DNA of 64,000 nucleotides from Phoronis australis (Eukaryota; Animalia; Phoronida), in the NCBI GenBank assembly GCA_002633005.1, contig NMRA01000004.1, positions 1,183,793 through 1,247,792 on the forward strand. The letters are read 5' to 3'. Position numbers and translations under genes: made by a program. Below, one piece after another: positions 1 to 13,122 of the stretch (its first letter is position 1; every line of letters starts with the position of its first letter). Below the pieces are notes generated by a model, which made no database searches, was not told the DNA's origin, and worked only from the letters and a program-made list of their open reading frames with translations.

Positions 1-1662
1 TCTATTGGTGTGATGACACTATCTTCCTGTTTTTGGATGGAATCGAGGTATTTTGCACCACCTGGTGGCCATTTTTGCTGTTTTCCAATCTTGTTTTTGA
101 CGTCCACCCCTGTATCAACCAAATCATTTGAAAATTGGCATATATGTTCTCAGTCGGAAGACGACCTTTGATGATGGTGACTGACTACTGTGGCGCCTCC
201 TAGTGGTAGTTTTGTTTTGCGCCCATAGTTGTTTCTCATAAACCCACTGCAGGATCTTTATTAAGATTATTATGTGTATTTATATGAAGATAACAGCAGA
301 CATTTTTATGATCGAAATAAATAACCCTAAAAGCACAGCATTTTCAATGCATTCATGGGCGAATTTCAAAGCTCCGCGTTGCTCTTTTTAAAAGATGTAA
401 TCAACTGTAAATATTAAGGTATAATAATGAGTACCCTTTTCAATATTAATATTTGCCCTAATAAGCACCCATGCTCTAATAAGTGCCCTCTACAGGATTT
501 TGAACATTATAAATGTACGTAAGTGCCTTTCCCTTCAGTGTAACAGACCACGTAAAATGGATACTGAATTACGTGACTTTTTACAATGTGACTTCAGTCT
601 TTCTATTAATGCTGCTGTTTTAATAAATATCACACATGGAATTTTCAAGCCTCCAGACTGTACAGTGCCATGCAGTCAGCGCACCACATGATTTCACTGG
701 AACGAGTCATAAAGGTTGTTATGGGGAAATTCCTACTTACTAATCAATCCGAGTTCCCGTTGCATTTGATTTCGATGGTACCCCAATACCAATTAAGCAG
801 TCCATGGTGTCAAGTTTAGGAACATTTTAGACCATTTCTGCGGTCTTCAGGATGAAAGGGTTCACAACAATACATGAGCCATCATATCGATTGCTTTGAA
901 AACTGTATATCACCAGTACCGGGCATATTTGGTGTAAAACATCGTTTCGAACAAGCGTGTCTTTCGGTGGTTACAGTTCAGGTACCATATTTTCGTCAAA
1001 TTAAATGCCACCTTTTCATGCCCAGATCATTTATTTAGACTGAATATGTTGGGATCGTTGCTTTAACAACCGTATTTGTCATGCTCCTACCATCCTGCAG
1101 TGATTACCCATGCTTGTTAGCAATTTCATTTGTTGCAGATTTATCATGTGACCTGTCAATGTAGGAATCGGAATTTCAGGAGAATTTTCCTCTCGGTTTT
1201 TGCCACTTTTTCCTGTAGTCTTTTGTGCTGTACTCACACACAACTCCTATTTCAGTCTCATAATAAGATACACTTGCACCTAATTGTTTTAAGCTGATTC
1301 ACCCAATTGCACTGTTTGTTTTGTGCTCAAACTTGGGACTATCAAAATATTTACAATTCTTGACACTGTAAGCCTTCACAAGGGCAGGCCTTCCAATATT
1401 GCTGAGTGACCTTTCTAAGATTATTCGGTTGAGACTTGTCTCACTCTAGACCAGATTCATAATAAGCACTGTGCATTTCTGAGAAAAATATCCTAGCGAT
1501 TTGGTACTTAGTCTATCTATTACTAAGATCCTTAAAATAAACAACTTTTGGCTTCTTTTGGATGAGTCTTGTCCTTTTAAATTAATTCATTGTATGTTAA
1601 AAACGATTTAATCTATCATTTAATTCAAGGATCATCATGCATTAAAATTCAGTTGAAAGACT

Positions 1663-1701
1663 TGGATGGTTGACCTTGTGGATGGTTGACCTTGTGGATG
1701 G
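1663..1701 (+). repeat. 16-bp tandem repeat, about 2.5 copies
   Basis: Unit TGGATGGTTGACCTTG. Confidence 0.9.
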
Positions 1702-3389
1702 CTGCTGCTGAAACTCCTTTTATTACTTTTGCATCGGTAATCATGAATTAGGCTATGAAGTCTTTTAAAAAAGAACTTTCTCACTGGCGCTGAAGCTTCT
1801 GCAACACCGAACAGTTATCTTCGGTTTTGATTTGAAATTAAAAGACCTGCCACTTAACTGGGAAGTAGAGAGGTGGATTTAACAGCGAAGCGTCAACGTT
1901 TCAATGTGACACTTACTTCAATGCCATCTAAGTTATCGGCAGGTGTCACTGCCTGCGTTTGTCAACAGCAGGTGGTAACTAGTTTCTAATAGTTAATATT
2001 TTGTTCTAGTAATTGTTATTTTCGGAATATAACCATTCCATTTCAATTTATCCATGTATTTGGTGAATTCTTTTCGTTGAAAAAACCACTGAACGCAAAG
2101 TTTATGCAAAACAAGTTCCCGCCAAGCTATACCGCCTTTGTTTTGATCAGCTGTTAGCCTGATCTATAGTCAACTTTTTCATGTCATTTTCTAGTACAGT
2201 GCCATCATCCCAAAGTGGCAACCGTTGGCTGCCTTGTGAAGCTGATGTTGCAGTTTCCATTTGGGGAGACGGAGAGAGGTCCTTGCCATTTTTGATGGCA
2301 TGCACTTACAAAATCAACAAGGCATATGATCAGTGGTCGCAGGAGGGTATCCCTTGTGTAGGAGTATGTCTGAAAATGGGTGTTTTGTGTTATTTGTCCA
2401 TTCTTAGGGCTTTTCATGTACCAAAACAGTTACTGTTAACGCGGGAGAAAGTTTATCCAAAAATGGAGTTCCCTTTATAGATTTAAGGGGTTAGTTTTCT
2501 GATCAAAAAGTGCCATGGCGTCTTCTCAGCATTGGTACTTGGTTTGTAGAGATTATATTTTTATGGTGACAAATTCTCGATAATTTCACTCGTTTTACCC
2601 ACCCAAGACAATACCTGAGAGGGCCAAAATACCAACCTGAGTTGGCATCACATCCCTACTCTTTCGTTCAATGGGAAAAAACCCCTGTGGTATAAAAGCG
2701 GCTATGAACCTGCCTTCTGTCACAGACACAACTGTTGAAATTGGTTAAGGCACGATATTTGTTGTTTATCTAAACAAAACAAATCAGAAAATAACGAACA
2801 ACATTTACGATAACTTTTTTTCAATGTCACGTTCACAATATATCTTGCAAATACACTATATTCAGCTAAGAACGGTTTTGTTGATGGTGCAATGGATCCA
2901 TTGGTGAATAGTCTGAGCCTGAAGCATTTTGTACATGGTGGATTACACAAGATAATTACATAGAGATAAGTCAACCCCATTTTTCAGATGCTCTCATGAG
3001 CACACTTGAGCCTAGTCAAAACGTTGCCCACTGGGAAGTAGTGTGTGACTGGTGCCTGTGGGGATTTCATAGCATTGGTGGTCAAAACTGGCATAATTCT
3101 TCTATTGTTTTGCTTGAAGGTCAAAATTACTATTTTGTTCGAAAAAACTGAATAGACTGGTGATTTAATTTGATCTGAGTCTTTTTGTAAAAGTTGACAA
3201 ATACACTTATGAAGTGACTCCCTAATATGAATTAACCTTTTCCAAAACAGTATTGTAATGGGAACACAATTGACAAAAACTGGGAGTGAGATTCACACCC
3301 TTACAGCCATCCTGTTCTTTCCAACAAACATCTGGGCATCTGGACTGTGTACAGATGGCGCCCAGGAAAGAATCTTTCCTCTTTTCTTT

Positions 3390-3626
3390 GATACAGATGG
3401 ACCATTGTTCAGTCAGTAGCCACTGTGTTTCCTAACAATGACTGGTTGATACCCAGGCCAGTATATTCTCTTCTCTAATACAGATCAACCATTGTTTAGA
3501 CAATAGTTACTGTGTTTCCTGTACATACAATGTACATACAATGACTGGTTGATGCCCAGACCAATGTATTCTCTTGTCTGATACAGATCTACCATTGTTC
3601 AGACAATAGTTACTGTGTTTCCTGTA
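3390..3626 (+). repeat. Degenerate 88-103-bp tandem repeat, about 2.5 copies
   Basis: tacagat..accattgtt.ag.ca.tag..actgtgtttcct recurs at about 3392, 3479 and 3582. Confidence 0.85.
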
Positions 3627-5449
3627 TGTACTATGACAAGTTGGATCATCAGGCTCAGCTATCTGCCCTCTCTGCCATCTTACACTGTTCCTTAATCCAG
3701 CCAATAACTCTGCCAGTTTCCCACAGATGTCTACTCTGTACCAGTTAACTGTCACAAGTGTCAGCTACCTTAATAAGTACACTTTATCAACGTGATGCTG
3801 GTCAGATTGTACCTAAGTTCATGTACCGTAATACTCTACTTCTCTAGTACACTCACCTGCTTTCGCACATCCAATATTATTTGGAAAAGATATTTTGTTT
3901 CACTAATATTTCGCACGACTTAATGTGGGGAATTTCTTGTCACACCTAATTCACACACGGTCAGTTTTGCACTTCCGAAAATATCAACGCAAATCCCAGT
4001 CATTACTTCTAGCAATGCACACCTCTTGAACTATGTTAATAAAGCCTGAATATTGTATATTCACCACTTCATTCATCCATTTTAATATGGGATATTTCAT
4101 GCTGTCCTGAATATGAGGTGAAAGGGGTAACCTGGATGTCAGTGTGACGTCACTAGAGTCATGTACTCAAAAGAATGTTTCACCAATGATGGGGTAAAGT
4201 ATTCTTACATTCATTTGGAATAAGATAGATTAATACAATTACTTATAACTGAATCTTGTTTTCAATTGGTAGGCGGCATTTCTTGAAATCACACACTGGG
4301 CAATTAGCAATGCATGGTTACTCAGTTTTGTTCACTCCTCAACTACAAGGTTTGTGTATTCAGTTTATTTTGCACACCCTGGCTACCAGGAAAGTACATT
4401 TAATTTATTTTGTGCAAAATAAGTGGAAAGAGCCACTCAGTAGGGTCACTCGGTATATCAATCGTTTTTCAGCAAAACCAAATATATCACACTGTTGTAC
4501 TTGCTACAAAATACACATTTCTTTCTGAAATGCATTATGGGCCAGTTATATTCAAATTTCAATTTTGGTTTACACCTCATTTTGCTACAAAACTCTTCAG
4601 TCAGTTTTATTGGTCTAGGGTTCTGGAATTTTCTAATTCATTCTCTTCTTGGATCATACTGACTAGCCTAGTCACCAATCTGTATTGCAAACATCCAAGT
4701 TCATTTTCCCTTGATGAACCTATTAAACCCTAAATCCTTTAATTATCACCAGTATGGATAATTCTGTGAACAATCCATGATGAGTCCAAGTTTTGTCCTA
4801 GCAATCACCATGTAATAAACAATGCACTGGTGATTTAATGAGTTCTTGACCACAGGTCTTCTATCTCATTACTTATACCAGGTGGTCATTCCATCCCCTG
4901 TAATTGGATGGTCATCTCATTACCTCAAGACAGCCCTAGGTTATATAACCCTCTCACCCTGCTCTTCCATCTGGTGTTCATGTAATGGTTAATTAAGGCT
5001 AAACTGGCCATGACTGCTGTTTGTTTTATTGGCTCTTAGGTTGTTGATTGAGCCAACTATGTCCAGTTCCATGGGAAAGGCCTGCATTCAGTCCACTTGA
5101 ATTGTGCAGCTCCAAAATCAGTTGTGTAATATAGCGAACAAACGAAGAACATGCTTATAAATTATATGAGACCCTTAAAATGTCCAAACTTAGCTAATAT
5201 CCTAACATCATGTCACAGAAATGATTGATCAGATTCACATTAAATTCTTACATACTATGCTTTATGCACTGTTCTCAAAAACACTGCTTTTGCATAAAGA
5301 GCTATCGGAAGTGGGACTTCATGAGGTTTATAACTCAAAGTTGCTTATATCAAAAGCAAAGTGACAATTTAAGTTCTAGCAGCAATTTTGCGATTTCATC
5401 TGTGTCTTTTATAGCAGACGAAATGTGGTCATGTTACTGATACCGTTGG

Positions 5450-7150
5450 TTTGTTATCAATGTAACTTAAAGTCCTTCTCTCGCACGCGTTGTTAACCCT
5501 TATTACATGGTTAGAAGATGTTATAAGGATCCAAGAAGTACCTACCCCATAACTAATACACGATCCGTACTCGAAAACAGTTTAAATGAACGCGCCACTC
5601 AGGATTCGTACCCGAAGAAACACCGCCATTTTGAACTTGCCGCGAACCCGGAAGTACAATTCATTCAGGAACCAAGGCCGAGAAAACGCCGTCAGTGCGA
5701 CTGCAGCAGTGCCTGTACTGTTACTAGCCAGCAAACGGGGATAAAAAAATCGACAGCACGCCTTAATTTTGATAAAATCAAACTACGGACAATTTTATGG
5801 AATTTGCTGAAGAAATGTGGCGAATAAATTTTGACAGAAATTATTTTGCCAGACTCGGGACCGCAGCCTATCGGACCCGGTGCGGATCGAGACCAGACAC
5901 TGGCGAACGATAAATGCATGCAGTTGCAAGCTGTTTTTTCAAAGTAAAATGGTCAAATGATAAATGCTGCATATATTCAAGGGTAGTTTCAGATACTTGC
6001 ATGAAATTACGGGCTGGTTCGTCCTGTGTAACACTGCTGCGGCAGACCTTAGTTAGCCTCAGTCACCAGCAACTAGTGATGACTATAGTCACAATACAGC
6101 TTGTTAGTAGGCCTATACAGGCGTGCGTTCAGTAGACGCTAGGACCTACGCTAGGACCTAGCTAAAACCTAGTCAAAGTCACGTGTTCTTATTCAAAATA
6201 CACGGCGAAATCTCACGTATTCTCGCAAAGTCTTGCTTTTTAGCGAGGTCCTAGCGTTACTGAACGGGAGGCAGCTTTGCGCCAAGACTACCCTTAGGCC
6301 TAACTGGTTGCTGGCCACGAACACAAAAAACACGAAAATTGAACAAAGTTTCTTTTTTGTAGCAACGTTTGTCAAAACGTATCAACGTTAAATCTTCACA
6401 AATTACAAAGTAGCCTATTGAACATGCCTTTCAGTTCAGCAAAAGTTGACATTGTAGGTGCCGCCAGAAATGAGACGAAGTCCAACGGGAATTGTGACCA
6501 CATTTATCACTTAATGAGTAACAACTGCGAGACTGAAATTTGGTGAACACTGCTAAATCGTGCAGAATAGTAAGTAAAGATATGTCTAACTAAATGTCAC
6601 CGTAATTTGTTGGCGAAAACAATTTGCACAAAGTTTTAAACTCGTAACTCATCCCGCTGTCCTCCAATATGGCCGACGCGATCCAAACAGTACTGACCCA
6701 AATTTCGCCACAAAACTTGCAATAACTTTACAGTGCTTGCCCCGATTTTGATACTTTTTCGATTTTTACTGAGTAGAATGTACTACCTTTCCGATGATAG
6801 CAAAGTACTTTCTCAAAACGAGGAAAAAAATAAAACCGAAAAAAATAGGTTCGACCCATATTGGTTCCTAGGTTCGACCGGCCTACGTAAGGAACTAAAC
6901 ACCAATGCTATTTTAACATACTAAGTACGCGTAACATTCCAAAAAATCAACGACCACAAACTACAAACTATAAATACACTATATATGCAAACGAATCACG
7001 ATATATTACTAATAAAACAAAATAATGAAGACTTTTCGAGCAAGCCATAGCACATTCAGTTACAAGGAAAAAATGGCGGCGTTCAGGACAAGTTCCTGAA
7101 CTGATGCGCCGGAAATGTGGGTACGGAAATAACCGATGACAACCGGTAAT
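5450..7150. promoter_or_regulatory. Candidate CpG-enriched, possibly bidirectional promoter region
   Basis: Visible CpG enrichment. Divergent YY1-type AAAATGGCGG motifs (minus 5623-5632, plus about 7070-7079). ETS-type CCGGAAGT at 5648-5655 and CCGGAAAT near 7109. Inr-like TCATTC at 5661. Confidence 0.5.
6127..6266. mobile_element. MITE of the 24911 family inside the candidate promoter region
   Basis: gttcagtagacgctaggaccta ... ttttagcgaggtcctagcgttactgaac. Internal sequence is the reverse complement of 24911-25044. Confidence 0.7.
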
Positions 7151-8384
7151 CATACACTCAGATAGAAGGGTCAAATACTGTTAAAAAATCGCTTTTGGCA
7201 GAAAGGTGAAAAGAATATATAGAAAGGGTGTCGAAAATAAGAATTTATGTAGTAAGTATTTTTGGATACTGGAACCACAAGAAGGACTTTAAGTTTGTTT
7301 TTCCTGAATTTTTCTAAAAAGACACAGTCAATTGACACAATTAATGACAGACTGGTTAAAAGTAAAAACTTCAAATTCTTAACTCTTTCAGCTTTCATAA
7401 AATTATACTATCACTGAGTTAAAATCTATAGTTTTGTGACTAAATTCAGGCTTATTGATTGAGCCCTGCATAACCTTAAATGTATAATTATCCTAACATT
7501 TAACAGCCAGCAAAACAGTCAGCAGTGGATATTGGTTTAGTCTTGTGACCCCCATATGCACTCATTTCACTCAATAATACACATTTGCTGTGCTGTGAAA
7601 GTTCTTCAGGTTCAATCACAAGTAATTGCCAAAATCATTGTATTTTTCCAATTTTCAAATGTTTATGACATTTGTTAAAAGCACACATTCTCCCCGTGTG
7701 TCATTTGATGACGTGCATAAAGTAAAAAATATGCTAAAATAATGAAAAAGTTATTAATTTGAGAAATACGATAAAATGAAATTTCCTGTGCTACTGTGTT
7801 CTGAATTACATTTTTTTCATGTGGTTTTGTCTTCTTGTAAGGGTATCCAATAAAATAAGAAATGGCACTGTTAGTTATAAAAGACATCTTGACTATGCCA
7901 CCTTGTGGCAGATGTTGGTAACAATCAGTTTAAAGCAAGTCCACAGGACTACATTAATCAAGTAGTGTTTTCATGCAGCATTGGAGGATACTTGGAATTC
8001 GGTTGAGACATTTCATTACAGTTTATCATGTAAGAAGTGATTTTTTTGTTTAATCAGAGGCCAAACATTTACAGCTTCTACTCTGCTGTAGTGTGTTCAT
8101 ATTGTGAAGAAGCAATTGATTATTTCATACGGGATGGGCATTGGATTTTTGTAATTTTGTAAGCTTCTTTATTTTGTTTGAAAAAGTAACATTAGGCATA
8201 GAAAATAAGTGTGAAAAAGTTTAACTTGAAACATGAAAAAATGTCATGAGGTTCCATTACTAACATTTTGTTCATCTCCATAGTCGATTTATTTTAAATA
8301 TTTTTTATATAATTACCCTCTGAGTGGTTTATTCTGGCTTGTCTTACTGGACAGAAGTATATTATTTCTTAGAAAGAGTTGTCA

Positions 8385-8759
8385 GTGCCGTCCACACAGA
8401 GACTTGCCCTAGAACAAGTTACTTCTGGAGTGAGTTGTCGCTCATGTTTGGAGGCTGTGTGGACACTAGTTAAACTAGTGCAACTCGTCCCACTTGTGAC
8501 AACTTACTCCAGCTTATGGAGGTGGGCTAACTTGTTCTGGGGTGACTTGCGCCACTTCTAATATCGGTGTGGGATCGCAAACCTGGGACAAGTCGGAAGT
8601 AATTATCAGCGCGGTTACATATAGACTGGTCCTCTTTTGTGCCCGGTATTTGCATTAGCTGTTCATTGCCATGCTCAGAGCACAACTTCAACTTTACCTT
8701 AGTGGGGTAAGTTGCACTAGTGCAAGTTATTCTAGGGTAGGTTGTGTGTGGAGGAGACT
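8385..8759. mobile_element. PIF/Harbinger-like MITE
   Basis: Imperfect TIR gtgccgtccacaca..acttgccctagaacaa matches the reverse complement of the right end. TCA flanks both sides, and actagtgcaa is repeated internally. Confidence 0.65.
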
Positions 8760-10228
8760 TCATACACAAACAGGATGTTGACTAACTAGGTCCAAATGTT
8801 CACCAAAATAAATGTTATTGATCTTGCAGTACCTAACTTGGTTCTGAGAATGGCGCTGTTTCTTAACACTGCTGACCTGTGCCATAGACAGTTTGATGCA
8901 AAATAGGGTAATTCCTGCATTTAAGCTGTCTAAATTAATTATCTATTCTTGAAACTTTGATCTTGATTGTTTTGAACATCCAAAATTATAATTTTTATGT
9001 ATATCCCAAGTCTTTGAAGCCTTCTTTTTCAAAAACGACTTAAATTTGGTTCAAAATTGAATTACAGATTTTTTAAATTAAATAATAAGAACGATAATCT
9101 CATTGATTACAGGCTGTCACACACTTTTGTACCTCAAAAATAAAAGAGCTTATAAAACTTGTATGTTGAACCACAAGAACCAACAAAGCCTGGCTTTAAC
9201 TTTCGGCCTTGAACTAAGCCTCGTTTCTAACCTTGTAAGCAGCTAGAAGAATCATGGCCTGGGATTTTGAAACGGTTTGAAGGCCTTGTGTGTCCTTTGA
9301 AGTAAGCAGTGTGGCCACCAAAGTTTTAGTGATAACGCTGACACCAGCAAAAATGACACTTGTAACCATTCATAGTTCCTGCACTTTTGTGAAAATGCTA
9401 CTGTTTAAACACGTTTGAGAGCGGGTTTCAGATAGGGCTCATTGAGATTTGTTGTTATGCTCTCCTTTTAGGTTGTTTTGTATGTCACCTTGATATTTTT
9501 ATTACTGTTAGTTTCATATGACAACTACTTCATGGTTTAGAAGGTACCGGTAATACCTCTATTCCTCTCTGGTCTAGTAGACGGCCCAAGCAGCCCACCT
9601 CCCCTAGGTACACCCATTAGTCAATGGAAATACCTGAACACCAGATTTATTTTAGGTGGCAATTTCCATCTTGGCAAGGGGCGTGCATGATTACCATGTG
9701 GGCTTCAGTTGGCACACTTGTCAAAACATATGGTTAACTGGTCCTGACTTCTGATATGCATCCACACACACACACATACCCTCAACATACATTAAAAAGG
9801 GAAAGGCATTGTGGTCAGGTTGTGCTCAGACACTGCAGAATTCCCATTTATTTAGCCAGTGTTGTCAGTTGAAGACAGATTGACAGAAGTACTCTTGTTT
9901 TTATGATCCAGGGTTGTTGTCCTCCTGGCATAACTGTGTTGTTACCAAGGGTAACAGGTACTAACTATTAGGGTAAGTGCCTATAGCTTTATACCTGGTC
10001 TTGTGTTTATCACAAGTCTGAAATAATGGTCAAAGTCATTGGGATATGTTTTATAGTTGTGCACAAGGGAAGTTTTGTTTATTTTTTAATGAAGAGAATT
10101 TCAATATAGTCATTCTAATGTTGTTTTTTTTTGTTTGTGTGGGCCTTTGAAAGGTGTTACCTTTGGGCTGTATGGTGTTGTACATTCGAGTTAAGTAGGA
10201 AGTTATTTTTTACTTTAATAGTATACTG

Positions 10229-10476
10229 TAGCCCGTTCCAACAAAACTGATTTAGCTAAGACAAATCTTAAATTTTAGTAAATTTTAAAATAAAAGTTAG
10301 ATTTGTCTCAAAACCAATTCAAGAAAGAGATCCTAAGTTTGACTTAAGTCTATGACCTACATTTTGTCTTAATTTTGAATAACTTTCCAAATGTGGAAGT
10401 TTTAAAGTTTGTCAGTTAAGACAAATCTTAGACTTAAGTCAAAAATGAACTTAAGTCAGTTTCTTGGAACAGGGCC
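10229..10476. mobile_element. PIF/Harbinger-like MITE
   Basis: TIR gccc-gttccaa.aaactga.tta, CTG 3-bp TSD, internal palindromic gacttaagtc and taagacaaatctta repeats. Related fragment at about 38547-38602. Confidence 0.7.
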
Positions 10477-12035
10477 CTGTTCTGTCTTGAATTGAGTTAA
10501 TTAGGATTAAAATGTTCCTAATTGCAGGTATGGGGATATCAATTAACAACCAAAGAGAACTTCTTTAAAACTTTTTTTACATTAATTGTTGTGGATGACT
10601 ATGAACCTAACCGTTTTGGGCTGTGCTGTTTTTTCTGATAAACAGTCTTGCAGCCTTCAGTTTCATGTTATCACAGTTGTGTGCGGTATTATTAAAGACA
10701 ATTTGCTTCTTGTTGTGGTTTTTGAATAACATGTTGGGCTCCACAAGACCGACAACTGGATACCTCGATATTAGGTTTGTCTCACTGTGCCTTCAGTGAC
10801 CCCTACTGGTCAGTTATCTTGCTGATATTTTATGAAGTCGTTTTTTGTGGGGGCTGTGTTTCTGTATCGATATTTCTGATATCTCTTTGGATTGATTGCT
10901 TTCTTGTTATCTTGTACAGAGTTAGCAAGTAACTCCCAGGTCTCAAACGACTTGAAGTGAAATGATATTCTGAATTGCAGTGTTTGACGACCCCGATGCC
11001 TGCTAACGAATTGTGCATATTTCTGTTTATTTTAAAACAATGTTTGGTGATATTCAGGTCAATTTACTTTCTTCCACGTTGTTGGCTTATTTATAATTTA
11101 TTCATACACATTACAAAAACTTATGGTTTGGTTTCATCTCTGAAAGAAAAATCCTGACTAAATGCAGATATCGATCCAGTCCATATCCAAGAGACATCAT
11201 GACTATGAGTTTCAGGAAACTGAAACGTAAGGTGTCTATTTTGGCTACATTTTACAGTTTTCTCTTTGCATAAAAATTTAACCGAATTTCGGAAGCCAAA
11301 CAGTTTGATTAAAAAAATCTACCAGTTTTAGTTCACGATATAAGTGAGTGTTTTATTGCTGTTAGGCCAATACTTACATGCTAATGTGCTCTACTCTATA
11401 TAATAAGACCTTAAATCAGGTTTTATGATAAACAAGCCTCTGGACTTGTACATTGTATAAGTGTATTGACGAAGCACAAGGTGACATGAAATTGGCCAAT
11501 TTTTTGATGTCTTTCATTCTGGGCAAGACAAAAATGCACGAATGCTAACACTGAAGGTTTTATGGTTTTTAGTGTAGTGTCTGGACAAAACACAATTTGA
11601 ATTTCAACTATCCTGCTTTTGTGCATTTGTTGTATTACCAGGGATATTTGTGGACTACGCCTTTGCACCAGTAATGCTTAAAAATAAGAAGGTGCAAGTA
11701 CATTGCAGCAGTGCGCCCCCCAAGGTGCACCTTCCAAAAACACAAGGTTCTAATCACCTTACAACCAGTCGGGTAAAACATATGAAGTAGTTATTTCAAT
11801 TGCCCTTGGAGTTTCTGGTTTATATGTTACCACTTTAATTTCTCTAAGTCTGCTGGGCATAACATTTTTGATAAAAGGCACACTTTTTACCATCAGGTGC
11901 ACCCAAAGAGAACTTACCTGGATTACAATTGCTATGAGTACTAGATATTATCCTGTCTCTGCAGAATGTCTACTAGCCATTGTGGTATTAATACTCATAA
12001 AGTAATAGTAGTGAAATGGTGTCAACATTTTGCAC

Positions 12036-12122
12036 ATAATGTATCGAATAAATAATAAATAATGTATCGAATAAATAATAAATAATGTATCGAATAAATA
12101 ATAAATAATGTATCGAATAAAT
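12036..12122 (+). repeat. 23-bp tandem repeat, about 3.8 copies
   Basis: Unit ATAATGTATCGAATAAATAATAA. Confidence 0.95.
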
Positions 12123-13059
12123 GGAACCTTTTTTGTCCACATCCAAGATGACAAAAAATTACTTCATTTTACATGATTTAATGTGCTGTCATGGACCAAA
12201 ACATGGAAAAGGAGTGAGTATTTATAGCAATGTATGATTAGTTGTAGTAATTTTTATTTGACTAATCATATTTAAAATTAAAAAATTCAGCAAAATACAT
12301 ATACACGTAAATGAGCAAAAATTAGGATACAGTGGAAATATCTAGTTACTTATTTACAATGCACTCTTCAGTTGGAGGTACAAAAAAGTTGCATTAAATA
12401 TATTATTATAAGTAAGTTACATAATATAAACAGTAACACGAAATTGAATCACACGTACTAAATAATTTTGTGTAGTCTTTTGTTAACTTTGAAGCCCTTG
12501 TCAGTTCTTTGTGTTGAACATTAAAGACAATTTTTCATATTTTAAACGGATTCTGCATGTTATTTCACTTCAGTGATAGCAGTCATCGCAAGTTCTTGTG
12601 GGGGGGGGACAAGACTGAGTGGCATTAGAGCTCCAGGAACTACCATTTGGTGTTTTTACAGCAATAGTCACGTGCAGGGGTCCCTGCATTTTGAGACCAT
12701 GTTTTCTCCAGTGAGTATCTCACTGGTTCTCAAAATCCAGGATGCCTGTAAGCTGCTACTGCTGTTTTTCCCAGAAAAACATGTCTTAGATATTGGTATC
12801 AAATGTTCTTGCCTATTTATAATGTTTTTGATTTGGGGGCAGTCGTGGTGTCACTTCTTGTATAATTCTTAAGGTGAAATAAACAGTTAATAAAAGTATG
12901 AAATGTTTGTCCTAATTCCTATGACTAGATGTGCCAGTGTAGTATAAGCAAGGAGTGTGACACACTTGAACATTTTCAGACCTTTAATAATTGCGATTGT
13001 AACACTGTTATTTTTATTGTTATTATTATTATTATTAATATTATTGTTATCTGTTGCAG

Positions 13060-13122
13060 ATCCCCTTTACCCCACACCGATTGCTCCCCCTGGTGCCGCG
13101 TCACAAAGATAGACAGCTTCTG
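13060..13122 (+). other. Candidate non-coding 5'UTR exon of PCBP (63 nt, C-rich)
   Basis: (TTA)n tract then ctgttgcAG acceptor; CTG|gtaaga donor. Composition differs from the flanks, there is no ATG, and it lies between the candidate promoter and the ATG exon. Confidence 0.5.

Noticed and set aside
5582-5629. Minus-strand ATGGCG start as a protein-coding first exon (MAVFLRVRILSGAFI*)
   Set aside because: It stops after 15 codons and no compatible downstream coding exon was found in 1-5500.
7081-7101. Perfect hairpin considered as an IRE
   Set aside because: The loop is CAAGU rather than CAGUGN, and there is no bulged C.
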